Below, one piece after another: positions 42,733 through 52,402 of a stretch of 64,000 bases of DNA (its first letter is position 1; each line of letters opens with the position of its first letter). The position numbers were made by a program, and so were the translations under genes. Origin of the DNA: Gemmatimonadota bacterium (GTDB lineage: Bacteria > Gemmatimonadota > Gemmatimonadetes > Gemmatimonadales > GWC2-71-9); NCBI GenBank assembly GCA_003222085.1, contig QHUK01000024.1, forward strand, positions 2,078 to 66,077, given 5' to 3'. Under the pieces are notes generated by a model. The model saw only the letters and a list, made by a program, of their open reading frames with translations, was not told where the DNA came from and ran no database searches.

Positions 42733-43992
42733 TCAGTTCTTCCTCGCGCGAGATGTCAAACTCCTGATGCTGGCCTTGACCGCGCGAAGCCGATCCTCCC
42801 AGAGGCGGGATGCCAAGCTCCTAATCGCGTCGCGCGCAAAGTTCGTCGTGGCCATGACTGCGGGACGGAGATCGGTCCACTGCAGGTAGTCGTAGGCGGT
42901 CGGTCTGAGAAACGACATCCCGAAGTCCCAAACCGTCCGTACCGGAGGTGCAATGCCAGGCCTGCCTCGCTGCCGCAGGGCGGCCAGCGTCGTCGTGATG
43001 TCCCCGCCCAGATGGCGCATCCAGCCGCCGATCCGATAGCCGGCGACTCGCTCGATGGGACCACCGCTCGCCCATTGATAGAGGAGGTACGGGAAATCGA
43101 CGCCGGCGCGCACCGCGATCTCGACTGAGGCGGAGAGCCGCGGGTTGATCTCCATCAAGTACGGCACGCCGGCCGCGTCACGGCGAAACTCCACTTCGCA
43201 GTAGCCCTCGAGGTTGATCTCGCGTACGAGCGATTCGGCGTAACGCCCCGTGTCAGGGGGAATGGCGATGCTCTGGCGCAGGACCGAGTTCCCGCCCAGG
43301 GGCGGACTGGTGCGCTTGGCCCATTGGGCGAAGCGCGCGGACACTGCGCCATCGGCATACAGGAAACTCACCGCCTCGCGTCTTCCGGTGAGCAGTTGCT
43401 GGACCAGCGCGACCTCCCCGAAGCGGGTCACGGCCTTGACCGCGTCACGCAGCTCGGCGGCAGTGACCGCGAGCTGGGCACCCAGGCGCGCGCCCTCGCG
43501 TCGGTTCCACAACCAGGATTCGCTTGGCTTGATCACCGCCGGGAGTCCGATCTCCTCCAGCGCTCGAGCGACATCTCCGCCGTCGCGCACGACAACCTCG
43601 CGCGGGACAGGCACCTCGAGGCGCCGCGCCACCTCGAGCGTCCGCTCCTTGTTGATCGCGGTCGCCAGCGCCTGTTCGGGTGCGAGCGCCAAGCGGAGTC
43701 GCTGCTCGAGCCGCGTTCGATGCCGACGCAGCAGGGCGATGGTAGCGTCGTTGGAGGCGATGAGCACTCGCGCGCCGGTGCGATCCAGCCACTGCTCGAG
43801 GAGGGCGGCGTAGGCGTCGGTCCCTTCCTGGGCCGGAAACACGAACGCTCCCTGACACCAGCGTGATGCAAAGGCGGGTGCCTCAGGGTGTGTTTCCGCT
43901 GCGGCGATCGCCAGCCCCCGCCGACCGAGCGACCGCACGGTCACGAGCGCCTGGCGCAGTGACGCGTCGAGCACGAGGGCGTCGCATTTCAT
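42733..43992 (-). CDS. ATP-grasp carboxylate-amine ligase (D-aspartate-ligase-like)
   Basis: VRSLGRRG, SRWC, NKERT, PAVIKP, EVEFR, LMEINPR, GVDFP. Confidence 0.88.
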   Translation of the reverse strand: MKCDALVLDASLRQALVTVRSLGRRGLAIAAAETHPEAPAFASRWCQGAFVFPAQEGTDAYAALLEQWLDRTGARVLIASNDATIALLRRHRTRLEQRLRLALAPEQALATAINKERTLEVARRLEVPVPREVVVRDGGDVARALEEIGLPAVIKPSESWLWNRREGARLGAQLAVTAAELRDAVKAVTRFGEVALVQQLLTGRREAVSFLYADGAVSARFAQWAKRTSPPLGGNSVLRQSIAIPPDTGRYAESLVREINLEGYCEVEFRRDAAGVPYLMEINPRLSASVEIAVRAGVDFPYLLYQWASGGPIERVAGYRIGGWMRHLGGDITTTLAALRQRGRPGIAPPVRTVWDFGMSFLRPTAYDYLQWTDLRPAVMATTNFARDAIRSLASRLWEDRLRAVKASIRSLTSRARKN

Positions 43993-44120
43993 CGTAGCCG
44001 AGCGGCGGCGCAAGAACTGCGCCGGACTCCGAGCATAGTGGCCACTGTTGCGCCGTTGCATCGAACTCGTGCGGCTCGATCTCCCGATAGGGCGGGCGAT
44101 GGCGCCAGCAGGCCCGCGCG

Positions 44121-44867
44121 TCATCGGGCCAGCACCAGGAGTCTCCATTGCCCCCCGAGACGAACCGCCCAGTCCTCGTGAATCGCAAAGAGAACCCGAC
44201 TCGGCAGGCTCATGATGGCTCGCGCGACGAAGCCGGCGACGCGCCGCGCCAGTATCCAGGGGTTCTGCTTGTTCTCGTTCCACACGTACCGGAGAGAGTT
44301 CGCCTGCCACGTATACACGTAGTCGACGACCTCGTAGCCGACGTCTCTCAACATCTCGAGCGCTACCTCCTTGGTGAAGTAGTGAAGATGTCCGTACGCC
44401 GCTCGGAAGTCGCAGAGCCTGCCGAGCAAGACGTTTCGCACTGAGAGATCGAGTGGAATGTGGAGGATCGTGTACTCGGCCTTGGGCCGCAGGTCGCGCA
44501 GAAAGCTGAAGTAGTCCTCGAGGTGTTCCAGGACGTCCATGAGCAAGAGGAGATCGAAGTGCGCATCCTTCTCTTGTCTGATATCCGCCAGCTTGAACTG
44601 CAGCCGTTCGCTCGACAGACGGCGCGACCGCGCAAAGGCCTGCGGCGAGATGTCGTAGCCCCAACAGCGGCACCGACCCTGCAGTCCCTCATGTACCAGC
44701 CGCAGCACCTCTCCGGCTCCACAGCCCACATCGCAGATCGTGGTGGGCGCGAGCTTGTTCCGAGCGATCATCTGAAGGACGTACTTGGCCTTCCACGGCG
44801 ATTCGTCGGCATGCCACAACGGATTCTTGACGAGGTATTCGCCACTGAGGTACTGGTCTCGAATCAT
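44121..44867 (-). CDS. Class I SAM-dependent methyltransferase
   Basis: DVGCGAG, GYDIS, DVLEH, GHLHYF. Confidence 0.88.
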   Translation of the reverse strand: MIRDQYLSGEYLVKNPLWHADESPWKAKYVLQMIARNKLAPTTICDVGCGAGEVLRLVHEGLQGRCRCWGYDISPQAFARSRRLSSERLQFKLADIRQEKDAHFDLLLLMDVLEHLEDYFSFLRDLRPKAEYTILHIPLDLSVRNVLLGRLCDFRAAYGHLHYFTKEVALEMLRDVGYEVVDYVYTWQANSLRYVWNENKQNPWILARRVAGFVARAIMSLPSRVLFAIHEDWAVRLGGQWRLLVLAR

Positions 44868-46180
44868 CGCGGCTGCTCGCTCGCGTCTCGCGCGTCCGCC
44901 CGGCGCCGGGCGGCGCCGCGCGTGAGGTCGACCACCACGCGCTGGGGGCCGGCCGCCGACACCGCTCGCGTCGCCTCGGGGGAGGCGTTGCCGACCACCA
45001 GCACCTCGGCGTGCGCCAGCAGCGTCTCGACACTCTCGCACAGCAGGGACGCGATGTGTGGGATCTCCTCCTCGATGTAGCGGCGGTTCGCTCCTCGCAA
45101 GCGGGCCACGGCGACGCTGGGATCGAGGATGCGCACGTCGCATCCCTTCCCGATGAGCGTTTCGACGAGCGTGACCATGGGGCTCTCTCGGAGGTCGTCG
45201 GTGCCGGGCTTGAAGGCGAGGCCCACGACCCCGATCCTCCGCTTCCGCGTTGCCAGCACCGCCTCCACGGCGCGGCGAATCTGCCCTTCGTTCGAGGGGA
45301 GGATCGCGGCGAGCAGCGGGACGGAGACGTCAGCGGCGCGGGCGGCGTACACCAGGGCGCGCAGGTCCTTCGGCAGGCACGAGCCGCCGAAGGCGAAGCC
45401 GGGACGGAGATACGCCTCCGAGACGTTCAGTTTCCGGTCCATCAGAAAGATCCGCATGGCGTCCTCCGCGTCGGCCCCGAGCGCCGCGCACAGGTCGCCG
45501 ATCTCGTTGGCAAAACACACCTTGAGCGCATGGAACGCGTTGGACACATACTTGACCACCTCCGCCGTCGTCACACTGGTGTGGACAACGGGGGCCTCCA
45601 CCTCACCATACAGCGTGCGCAGCACCGCGGCCGTCCCGGGGTCGACGCACCCGATCAGCGTGAACGGGGGATGCGCAAAGTCGCGGATGGCGGAGCCCTC
45701 GCGCATGAACTCCGGGTTCACGGCCACTCGCAGCGACGGCCCCAGCTCCCGTCCCGCGCCGGCGTGGATCGCGGGGATGAGCACCCGCTCGGTGGTCCCA
45801 GGGAGCACGGTGCTTCGCAGCACCACGGTGTACGGTTCCTCGCGCGCGGTCAGCGACCGGCCGATTTCTTGGCCGACGCGCTCCAGCGCATCCACGCGGA
45901 GCTGCCCGCTCGGCCCCCCCGGGGTCCCGACACAAATCAACCCGATCGTCGCATGCCGCACGGCCTCGGGGGTCGAGATCGTCCCCCGCAACCGCCGCGT
46001 CGCAACGACTTCGCTCATCAGCGCTCCGAGGCCAGGCTCCACGACCGGCGACGCCCCGTCGTTGATCATGGCGACCTTCTCTTCGTCGATGTCGACGCCG
46101 ATCACCTCGTGACCCGCTTTCGCGAGGCAGGCGGCCGTCACGGATCCCACGTAGCCGAGCCCGAACACGTTAACGCGCAT
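44864..46180 (-). CDS. GDP-mannose 6-dehydrogenase-like (AlgD-type) nucleotide-sugar dehydrogenase
   Basis: FGLGYVG, NPEFMREG, DRKLNVSEAYLRPGFAFGGSCLPKD, FKPGTDDLRESP. Confidence 0.9.
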   Translation of the reverse strand: MRVNVFGLGYVGSVTAACLAKAGHEVIGVDIDEEKVAMINDGASPVVEPGLGALMSEVVATRRLRGTISTPEAVRHATIGLICVGTPGGPSGQLRVDALERVGQEIGRSLTAREEPYTVVLRSTVLPGTTERVLIPAIHAGAGRELGPSLRVAVNPEFMREGSAIRDFAHPPFTLIGCVDPGTAAVLRTLYGEVEAPVVHTSVTTAEVVKYVSNAFHALKVCFANEIGDLCAALGADAEDAMRIFLMDRKLNVSEAYLRPGFAFGGSCLPKDLRALVYAARAADVSVPLLAAILPSNEGQIRRAVEAVLATRKRRIGVVGLAFKPGTDDLRESPMVTLVETLIGKGCDVRILDPSVAVARLRGANRRYIEEEIPHIASLLCESVETLLAHAEVLVVGNASPEATRAVSAAGPQRVVVDLTRGAARRRADARDASEQPR

Positions 46181-47378
46181 GGGGGATCACCTCCTCGCAT
46201 CGGGCCTCGAACTCTCGAGCCACGTGCGACCACGAGTACCGCTGCTCCACCAGGCTCCGTCCGGCGCCGCCCAGCGCGCGGCGGCGGGCGGGATCCCCGA
46301 GCAGTGCGACGACCGCGTCGGCGAACTGCGCCGGATCGTCCGCTTGTACGAAGTGCGTCCCCGGCGCGAGCGGCAGGCCCTCCGCCCCCACGCTCGTGGA
46401 CACCACCGCCTTTCCCATCGCGAGGGCCTCGAAGATCTTGAGTCGCGTCCCGCCGCCGACCCGGAGCGGCACCACGTACACGGCTCCTCGAGCGACGTAC
46501 GGCCGGACATCATTCACGGTCCCCGTGATGCGGACGCCCGGGACCGCCGCCAGCCGCTGCACCCGGGGACCGGGATTCCTCCCTACCACGGTCAACGATG
46601 CCTCGGGCGCTGCGGCGCGGATGCGGGGGAAGACCACCTCGACGAAGTGCGCGATGCCGTCCTCGTTGGGGAACCAATCCATCGCGCCGGTGAACACGAG
46701 CGCCCCGGACTGCTCCCTCGATCCGTTGGGCGTGTAGTACGCGGTGTCCACACCGGTCGGGACGGCGCGGATCCTGGCCCGGGGCGCTTGGGCGGCTAAC
46801 ACCGAGCGATCCGCTTCGGAAACGGCGACCGTCAGTGGTAGCCGTGTGCAGGTCCGGGCCTCGTAACGACGCATCTTCCGCCACTCGAGCTCCAGGAGGG
46901 CGCGCCGCCACGGGCGCGACTCGGCCCGGCTCAGCCGCTTCCAGATCATGTGTTCCACGTTGTGAGCGAACAGGACGGTCGCGACTGGGCCCTCGAGCGG
47001 GACGTTCGGTGTGGTAATGAGGAAGTCGGCCACGCAGAGATCGAACGGCTCCGCCCTGAGGAGTCGCGTGACCTGCGTGCGCACCGCCGGGCTGCGCCAC
47101 TTGCGGATATGGACTGGAAGCGGCGAGAGCCAGGATCTCACCAATGCCCGGGCGAAGCGGGCACTCCCATGTCTCGGGGCCGCGTACGGCAACGATATCA
47201 CCCGCTCGCATGCCGCCAGGGGGGCCGCAAGCCCGCCCGGATCGTCCTGCGGGCCGTGCGCCGTCACCACCGTCACGCGATGCCGACGGGCGAGCTCGGC
47301 GATGATGTGGAAGCTCCGCAGTCGCCCGCCGCTGTCGAGCGGCCAGAGTCCGTCGACCTTCACCCAGAGGATGCGCAT
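46170..47378 (-). CDS. GT4 glycosyltransferase
   Basis: HNVEH, FTGAMDWFPNEDG, GGGTRLKIFEA. Confidence 0.9.
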   Translation of the reverse strand: MRILWVKVDGLWPLDSGGRLRSFHIIAELARRHRVTVVTAHGPQDDPGGLAAPLAACERVISLPYAAPRHGSARFARALVRSWLSPLPVHIRKWRSPAVRTQVTRLLRAEPFDLCVADFLITTPNVPLEGPVATVLFAHNVEHMIWKRLSRAESRPWRRALLELEWRKMRRYEARTCTRLPLTVAVSEADRSVLAAQAPRARIRAVPTGVDTAYYTPNGSREQSGALVFTGAMDWFPNEDGIAHFVEVVFPRIRAAAPEASLTVVGRNPGPRVQRLAAVPGVRITGTVNDVRPYVARGAVYVVPLRVGGGTRLKIFEALAMGKAVVSTSVGAEGLPLAPGTHFVQADDPAQFADAVVALLGDPARRRALGGAGRSLVEQRYSWSHVAREFEARCEEVIPHAR

Positions 47379-49297
47379 TTGCCTTCCACGGGCCGCATCA
47401 CGTCCGCGACGTCCTCGCCATCCACGAAAATCCGCTGCCAGATCTCGAGATTCACGAGGAGCCAGAGGCGAAGGCCGTGCTCCGCAGTCCCCAGGCGGTG
47501 CTCCTGGGCGAGCCGCCTGAGGAACGCCTCCTGGAACCTCCCTCGCTCGAGTGCTCGCGGTCCCAGAACGAATTCGCACACAACCGGCCAGAACCGATCG
47601 CGAAACCACCGATTCACGGGAACCGGAAAGCCCACCTTCCGTCGTGTCAGAATTTCACGGGGCACGAGATCCCGCAGCGCGGCCCGGAGCACGGCCTTCG
47701 TCTGCCAACCCCACAGCTTCCTGCGGCCCGGGATCGCCGCGGCGCGCTCGACGAACTCATGATCCAGATAGGGTACCCGGCTCTCGATCGATGCGGCCAT
47801 GCTCATTTGATCCTGCTTCATGAGGAGCTCGACCAAGTACGTTTGGACATCCGCGTGGCCCATCCGCTCCAGCGTGCCGCCGGTCGCCTCTTCGTAGGCG
47901 CGGAGTCCCTCGGCGTAGGGGTCGCGCGCGCTGAGGAGGTCCGGGTCGGACAGCAGGTGGGGCTGGACGGCCAGCGGGAAAACGGCCCAGTTCTCGAAGA
48001 ACAGCTCCCGCGGACCCGGCCCGACCGCGAGGAACGTCCGCGCGGCGTAGCGACGCACCGGCTTCGGGAGTCGGCTCACCAGCCGCTTCACCTTTCCCCG
48101 CAGGGCCGAAGGGGTCAGGGCCCAATAGGCTCGCCCGAGCCGCTCGTTCCAGGCCGTCACCCAATAGCGGTCGTAGCCAAGGAAGAGTTCATCGGCCCCC
48201 TCCCCGGTGAGCACCACCTTGACATGATCCCGCGCCAGGCGCGAGACGAAGTAGAGCGGGATGCTCGACGGAAACCTGATCGGCTCGTCTTCATGCCAGA
48301 CGAGTTGGGGCAGCGCGCCGAAGAACTCCGCGGGGGCCACCACCAACTCGCGGTGCTCCGCCCCGACCGCGCGGGCCGCAAGACGGGCGTAGGCGAGCTC
48401 GTTCGCCTCACGGTCGGCAAAGCCAACGGCGAAGGTGCGGATTGGCTCCTTGACCATCGGCGCCATCAGGGCCGCCAGCCCGCTCGAATCGATCCCTCCC
48501 GACAGGAACAGCCCGAGCGGCACGTCGCTCATGAGGTGACTCCGGACCGCCTCCGCCAGCCGGACACGCACGTCGCGTCCGCAGGCCTCGAGCGTCCCCG
48601 GTGCACCGTTGTCGGTCGTGATCGGCATCCGCCAGTAGCGACGTTGCCGGGGTCCATCGGCGCATGACCACGCGAGGGTCCGCCCCGGCAAGAGCTTGTG
48701 CACCCCGCGGAAGAACGTCTCTTCGCCGGCCACGAATCCTCTCGCCAGGAACTCGGGAAGGATCGCCTCGTTCAACGCCGGGCGAACCGATCCTCCGGCA
48801 AGAATCGCCTTGATCTCCGACGCGAACACGAGCTCCTGATCGGTCCACGCGTAGTAGAGCGGCTTGATGCCGAGCCGGTCGCGCGCCAGCAGCAACCGCC
48901 CGCGCTTCCGGTCCCACAGCGCAAACGCAAACATCCCCCGGAGCCGCTCGACGCAGCGCTCCCCTTCCTCCTCGTACAGATGCAGGATCGTCTCGGTGTC
49001 GCTGCGGGTTCGATAGCAGTGACCGCGCTGCTCCAGCCCGGGCCGCAGGTCGGCGTGGTTGTAGACTTCGCCATTGTAGACGATCCACACCGTTCCATCC
49101 TCGTTGGCCATCGGCTGACGGCCTCCGAGCACATCCACAATCGCGAGCCGGCGCATCCCCAGGCCCACCGGTCCCTCGATCCACAGCCCCTCGCCGTCGG
49201 GCCCGCGGTGGCGCAGCACGTCCCGCATCCGCTTGAGACGCGCCTCGTCCACGGTGTCCCGCTGGTTCAGTTTGACGATCCCCACGATCCCGCACAT
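47360..49297 (-). CDS. asnB: AsnB-family glutamine amidotransferase 2
   Basis: MCGIVG, HRGPDG, LSGGIDS, GEGADE, KQDQMSMA, ESRVPYLD. Confidence 0.9.
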   Translation of the reverse strand: MCGIVGIVKLNQRDTVDEARLKRMRDVLRHRGPDGEGLWIEGPVGLGMRRLAIVDVLGGRQPMANEDGTVWIVYNGEVYNHADLRPGLEQRGHCYRTRSDTETILHLYEEEGERCVERLRGMFAFALWDRKRGRLLLARDRLGIKPLYYAWTDQELVFASEIKAILAGGSVRPALNEAILPEFLARGFVAGEETFFRGVHKLLPGRTLAWSCADGPRQRRYWRMPITTDNGAPGTLEACGRDVRVRLAEAVRSHLMSDVPLGLFLSGGIDSSGLAALMAPMVKEPIRTFAVGFADREANELAYARLAARAVGAEHRELVVAPAEFFGALPQLVWHEDEPIRFPSSIPLYFVSRLARDHVKVVLTGEGADELFLGYDRYWVTAWNERLGRAYWALTPSALRGKVKRLVSRLPKPVRRYAARTFLAVGPGPRELFFENWAVFPLAVQPHLLSDPDLLSARDPYAEGLRAYEEATGGTLERMGHADVQTYLVELLMKQDQMSMAASIESRVPYLDHEFVERAAAIPGRRKLWGWQTKAVLRAALRDLVPREILTRRKVGFPVPVNRWFRDRFWPVVCEFVLGPRALERGRFQEAFLRRLAQEHRLGTAEHGLRLWLLVNLEIWQRIFVDGEDVADVMRPVEGKCASSG

Positions 49298-49413
49298 GCC
49301 CTCGTCCTCAACCTCGCGAGACAGAACTCGAGCGGCGCGATTTCACGGCGTGCTCCAATGGCCGCCGGAGTCCTACGGCGGTCCTCGCATCGGCGCTCGC
49401 GGCAGGCCCACGG

Positions 49414-49429
49414 TGCAAGGGACGTGCCC
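49414..49429 (-). promoter_or_regulatory. Sigma-54 promoter candidate for the asnB2...ABC operon
   Basis: Minus strand GGGCACGTCCCTTGCA, about 115 bp upstream of the ATG at 49297. Confidence 0.6.
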
Positions 49430-49517
49430 CTGCGTGGATCGTTGCGCGATCGCGACACCCGCCCACCGAGAGCGCGCTGGCCCGGGCTGGTCTCGCTCTT
49501 GCTTCCACGCGTAGGCT

Positions 49518-51035
49518 GTGCGTCACGTGGCGGTAGTTCCCGAAGCGACAGGGTCCGGTACACATGACGAAGCGCGGGCCCTTGATCACTCGCTCCTGCG
49601 CGGCGTGGCCTGGACTGCGGCGGCCAAATGGGCCAGCCAGGCGCTCAGCTGGGTCTCCTGGCTCATCGTCGCTCGCTTGCTCAGCCCCGAGGACTACGGG
49701 CTCGTCGGTATGGCCGCGATCTACCTCGGGCTCATCACGCTGCTCTCCGAATTTGGGCTGGGCACCGCCGTGCTGGCGATCCGCGAGCTCAGCGTGGAGC
49801 AGATCAGCCAGCTCAACGGGCTAGCCGTGCTCTCGGGGCTCGCCAGCCTGCTCCTGTCCTGTGCGGTGGCGATCCCTTTGGGGCAATTCTTCCACGCTCC
49901 TCAATTGCCGCTGGTCGTCGCGGCGATGAGCACAACCTTTGTCATCACGTCGTTCAAGACCGTGCCATTCGCGCTACTGCAGCGCGACCTGCGCTTCAAG
50001 GCACTCGCTGTCATCGACCTCGTCCAGGCGGTGATTCTGGCCGTGTGCATGGTCGGATTTGCGGTGGCAGGATTTCGGTATTGGACGCTCGTCTGCGGCG
50101 CGGTGCTAGGCGCGCTGCTCTCGACGGGAGCGCTCCTGCGGCTGAGGCACCTGCCGTTGGCGTGGCCGCGGCCGAAGTCGCTGAAGCACGCCATGACGCT
50201 GAGCTTCGACGTCCTCATATCCCGCCTGTGCTGGTACGCCTCGGCAAACGCGGATTTCCTGGTAGCCGGGCGGGTCCTGGGAAAGGCTGCGCTCGGCTTC
50301 TACAACGTCGGCTGGACCTTGGCCAGCGTCCCGGTGGACAAGATCACGACCCTCGTCGCTCAGGTGACGCCCGCCTTCTTTTCGGCGGTGCAGAGCGACC
50401 CTCCAGCACTGCGGCGCTACGTCCTCAGGATTACCGAAGGCATCGCACTCATCACCTTTCCCCTCGCCGTCGGCCTCGCGCTCGTGGCCCGGGACTTCGT
50501 TCTGGCGCTGCTCGGCACCAAGTGGGAGGCCACGATCGCGCCGCTGCGGCTCCTCGCCGCCTATGCGGCCGTTCGCTCGATCATGCCACTCTTGCCTCAG
50601 GTGCTCCAGATCATCCGGGATGCGCGGTTCGAGATGTGGCGAATGGTCGCCGCTGCCGTGGTTATGCCCACGTGCTTCTACGTGAGCGGGAATCGGTGGG
50701 GGACGGTCGGTCTCGCGACGGCTTGGCTGCTCGTGGATCCCATCATCGCCTTGCCGCTTTACCGGCGTGTGTTCTCCAAGATCGTGCTGTCCCCCAAGGC
50801 GTACCTCCTGGCGCTGTGGCCGGCGCTGAGCGGGACGGCGCTGATGGCGGCCGCGGTGCTCGCGGTCGAGGTGCTCTCCGGCAGTGCATGGACTCCGAGC
50901 CTGCGACTGGCTGCTCAAGTCGCGGCGGGGGTGATCAGTTATGGGCTCGCCTGTCTGCTGTTGCACCGGGAGCGGCTCACGGCATTCTTCGAGCTCGTCG
51001 GGGCTGCGCGCGGCAGACGCGAGGGGTCTCTGTGA
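49518..51035 (+). CDS. Wzx-type (PST family) flippase
   Basis: ARLLSPEDYGLVGMA, EFGLG, many TMs, LGKAALGFY. Confidence 0.9.
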   Translation: MRHVAVVPEATGSGTHDEARALDHSLLRGVAWTAAAKWASQALSWVSWLIVARLLSPEDYGLVGMAAIYLGLITLLSEFGLGTAVLAIRELSVEQISQLNGLAVLSGLASLLLSCAVAIPLGQFFHAPQLPLVVAAMSTTFVITSFKTVPFALLQRDLRFKALAVIDLVQAVILAVCMVGFAVAGFRYWTLVCGAVLGALLSTGALLRLRHLPLAWPRPKSLKHAMTLSFDVLISRLCWYASANADFLVAGRVLGKAALGFYNVGWTLASVPVDKITTLVAQVTPAFFSAVQSDPPALRRYVLRITEGIALITFPLAVGLALVARDFVLALLGTKWEATIAPLRLLAAYAAVRSIMPLLPQVLQIIRDARFEMWRMVAAAVVMPTCFYVSGNRWGTVGLATAWLLVDPIIALPLYRRVFSKIVLSPKAYLLALWPALSGTALMAAAVLAVEVLSGSAWTPSLRLAAQVAAGVISYGLACLLLHRERLTAFFELVGAARGRREGSL

Positions 51036-52402
51036 CCACGCCCGCCGGCGAGGGGCCGAGCGACACCCGCCGGCTGCTGGTCATCACGTACGACTTCGGT
51101 CCCGATGGTCCCGTCGGGGGTTTGCGTTGGGCAGGCATCACAAAGTACCTCGCGCGGCTGGGCTGGGACGTTTGCGTCCTCACGGCCGCTCCTCCGTTCG
51201 GAGGCGCAGCGGCGATCGGCGTGCAAGTGGAGCGGTGTGCGCGTCTCTGGACGGTGGGCGACGGCTACCGGCTGGTACGCCGGCTGATCTTCGGGGAATC
51301 GCTCGGGTTGTCCCGGAGTATATCGCACGGTGGGCCTCCCGGGGGGCGGCCGCGCGATCTGCTGCGCCAGCTGCGTAATGAGGTCGCGACGTTCTTGAGC
51401 CTTCCGGACGAAAGCCATGGCTGGATGCTCCGAGCCGCGCTGCACGCGCGCTCGGTGATCCGGCGATTCCAGCCGCGGGTGGTGGTGAGCAGCGGCCCGC
51501 CGCACTCCGCCCATCTGGTGGCCGCGATGGCCACTATCAGGAGCCCTGCAGCGTGGTTGATCGATCTGCGCGATCCGTGGGCGGGACCGCTCCCGAAGGT
51601 CTGGCAGTCGCATCGGAGACTCGGGACCCGCGTGTTTCGCGCCATCGCGCCGCGACTGGAGCGCCTCGCCTTCGGGGTGGCGGATGGGGTCATTGCGAAC
51701 ACGCCGCAGCTGGCCGAGGTGCTGGCGGCGAAGTATCCCAACGTGCCGGTGGTGTGCGTCCCCAACGGGGTCGACCCGGATGGCGTGCCGCCACCGGCGC
51801 GCCATCGGTATCCGGGGTTGAGCATCGCGTACACCGGCCGATTGTACGCAGGCCGTGATCTCGGGCCGGTGATGCGGGCACTTGGGATTTTCTTCCAGCA
51901 TCATCCAGAGGCTGCCCGAGCCGGGTCAAAACTGCGCATCGCCGGTGACGCCGATTCACGCCACGCTCAGGTATTCAACGACGCCGTCGCGGTCGCAGGC
52001 GTCGAGCAGTATGTGGAGGTGCTGGGCCTGCTGTCCCGCGCCGACGCGCTCGACGTCGTGTCCCGGTCGCGCCTGGCCGTGGTCCTGGCCCAGGACCAAG
52101 AGCTGCAGATCCCCGCCAAGCTCTATGAATCGGTGGCGATGGGCGTCCCCACGCTCGTCGTGGCGCCGGCGGGCAGTGCCGCGGCGGTCGAGGGAACCCG
52201 CCTCGGTGCCGTCGTTCGCGATTCGGGCGATGTCGAGGGAATCGCTTGCGTACTCGAGCGGCTCTGGCAGGACGGCTCGCCAGAGCGATCTTCCTGCCCC
52301 GTACCGATTACCTACGACGCGATCGCTCTGCTCGTCGACCAGGTCCTCGGGATGAGCCTTCCGCCGGCTTCGACGCGCCAGGGGGTCCTGGCGGGTTTAT
52401 GA
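51032..52402 (+). CDS. GT4-like glycosyltransferase
   Basis: SSGPPHSAH, DLRDPW, PNGVD, YTGRLY, IPAKLYE. Confidence 0.88.
   Translation: MTTPAGEGPSDTRRLLVITYDFGPDGPVGGLRWAGITKYLARLGWDVCVLTAAPPFGGAAAIGVQVERCARLWTVGDGYRLVRRLIFGESLGLSRSISHGGPPGGRPRDLLRQLRNEVATFLSLPDESHGWMLRAALHARSVIRRFQPRVVVSSGPPHSAHLVAAMATIRSPAAWLIDLRDPWAGPLPKVWQSHRRLGTRVFRAIAPRLERLAFGVADGVIANTPQLAEVLAAKYPNVPVVCVPNGVDPDGVPPPARHRYPGLSIAYTGRLYAGRDLGPVMRALGIFFQHHPEAARAGSKLRIAGDADSRHAQVFNDAVAVAGVEQYVEVLGLLSRADALDVVSRSRLAVVLAQDQELQIPAKLYESVAMGVPTLVVAPAGSAAAVEGTRLGAVVRDSGDVEGIACVLERLWQDGSPERSSCPVPITYDAIALLVDQVLGMSLPPASTRQGVLAGL

Noticed and set aside
44864-46180. Alginate operon
   Set aside because: No Alg8/Alg44/AlgK/AlgE-like genes; GT4s and Wzx point to a different assembly route.
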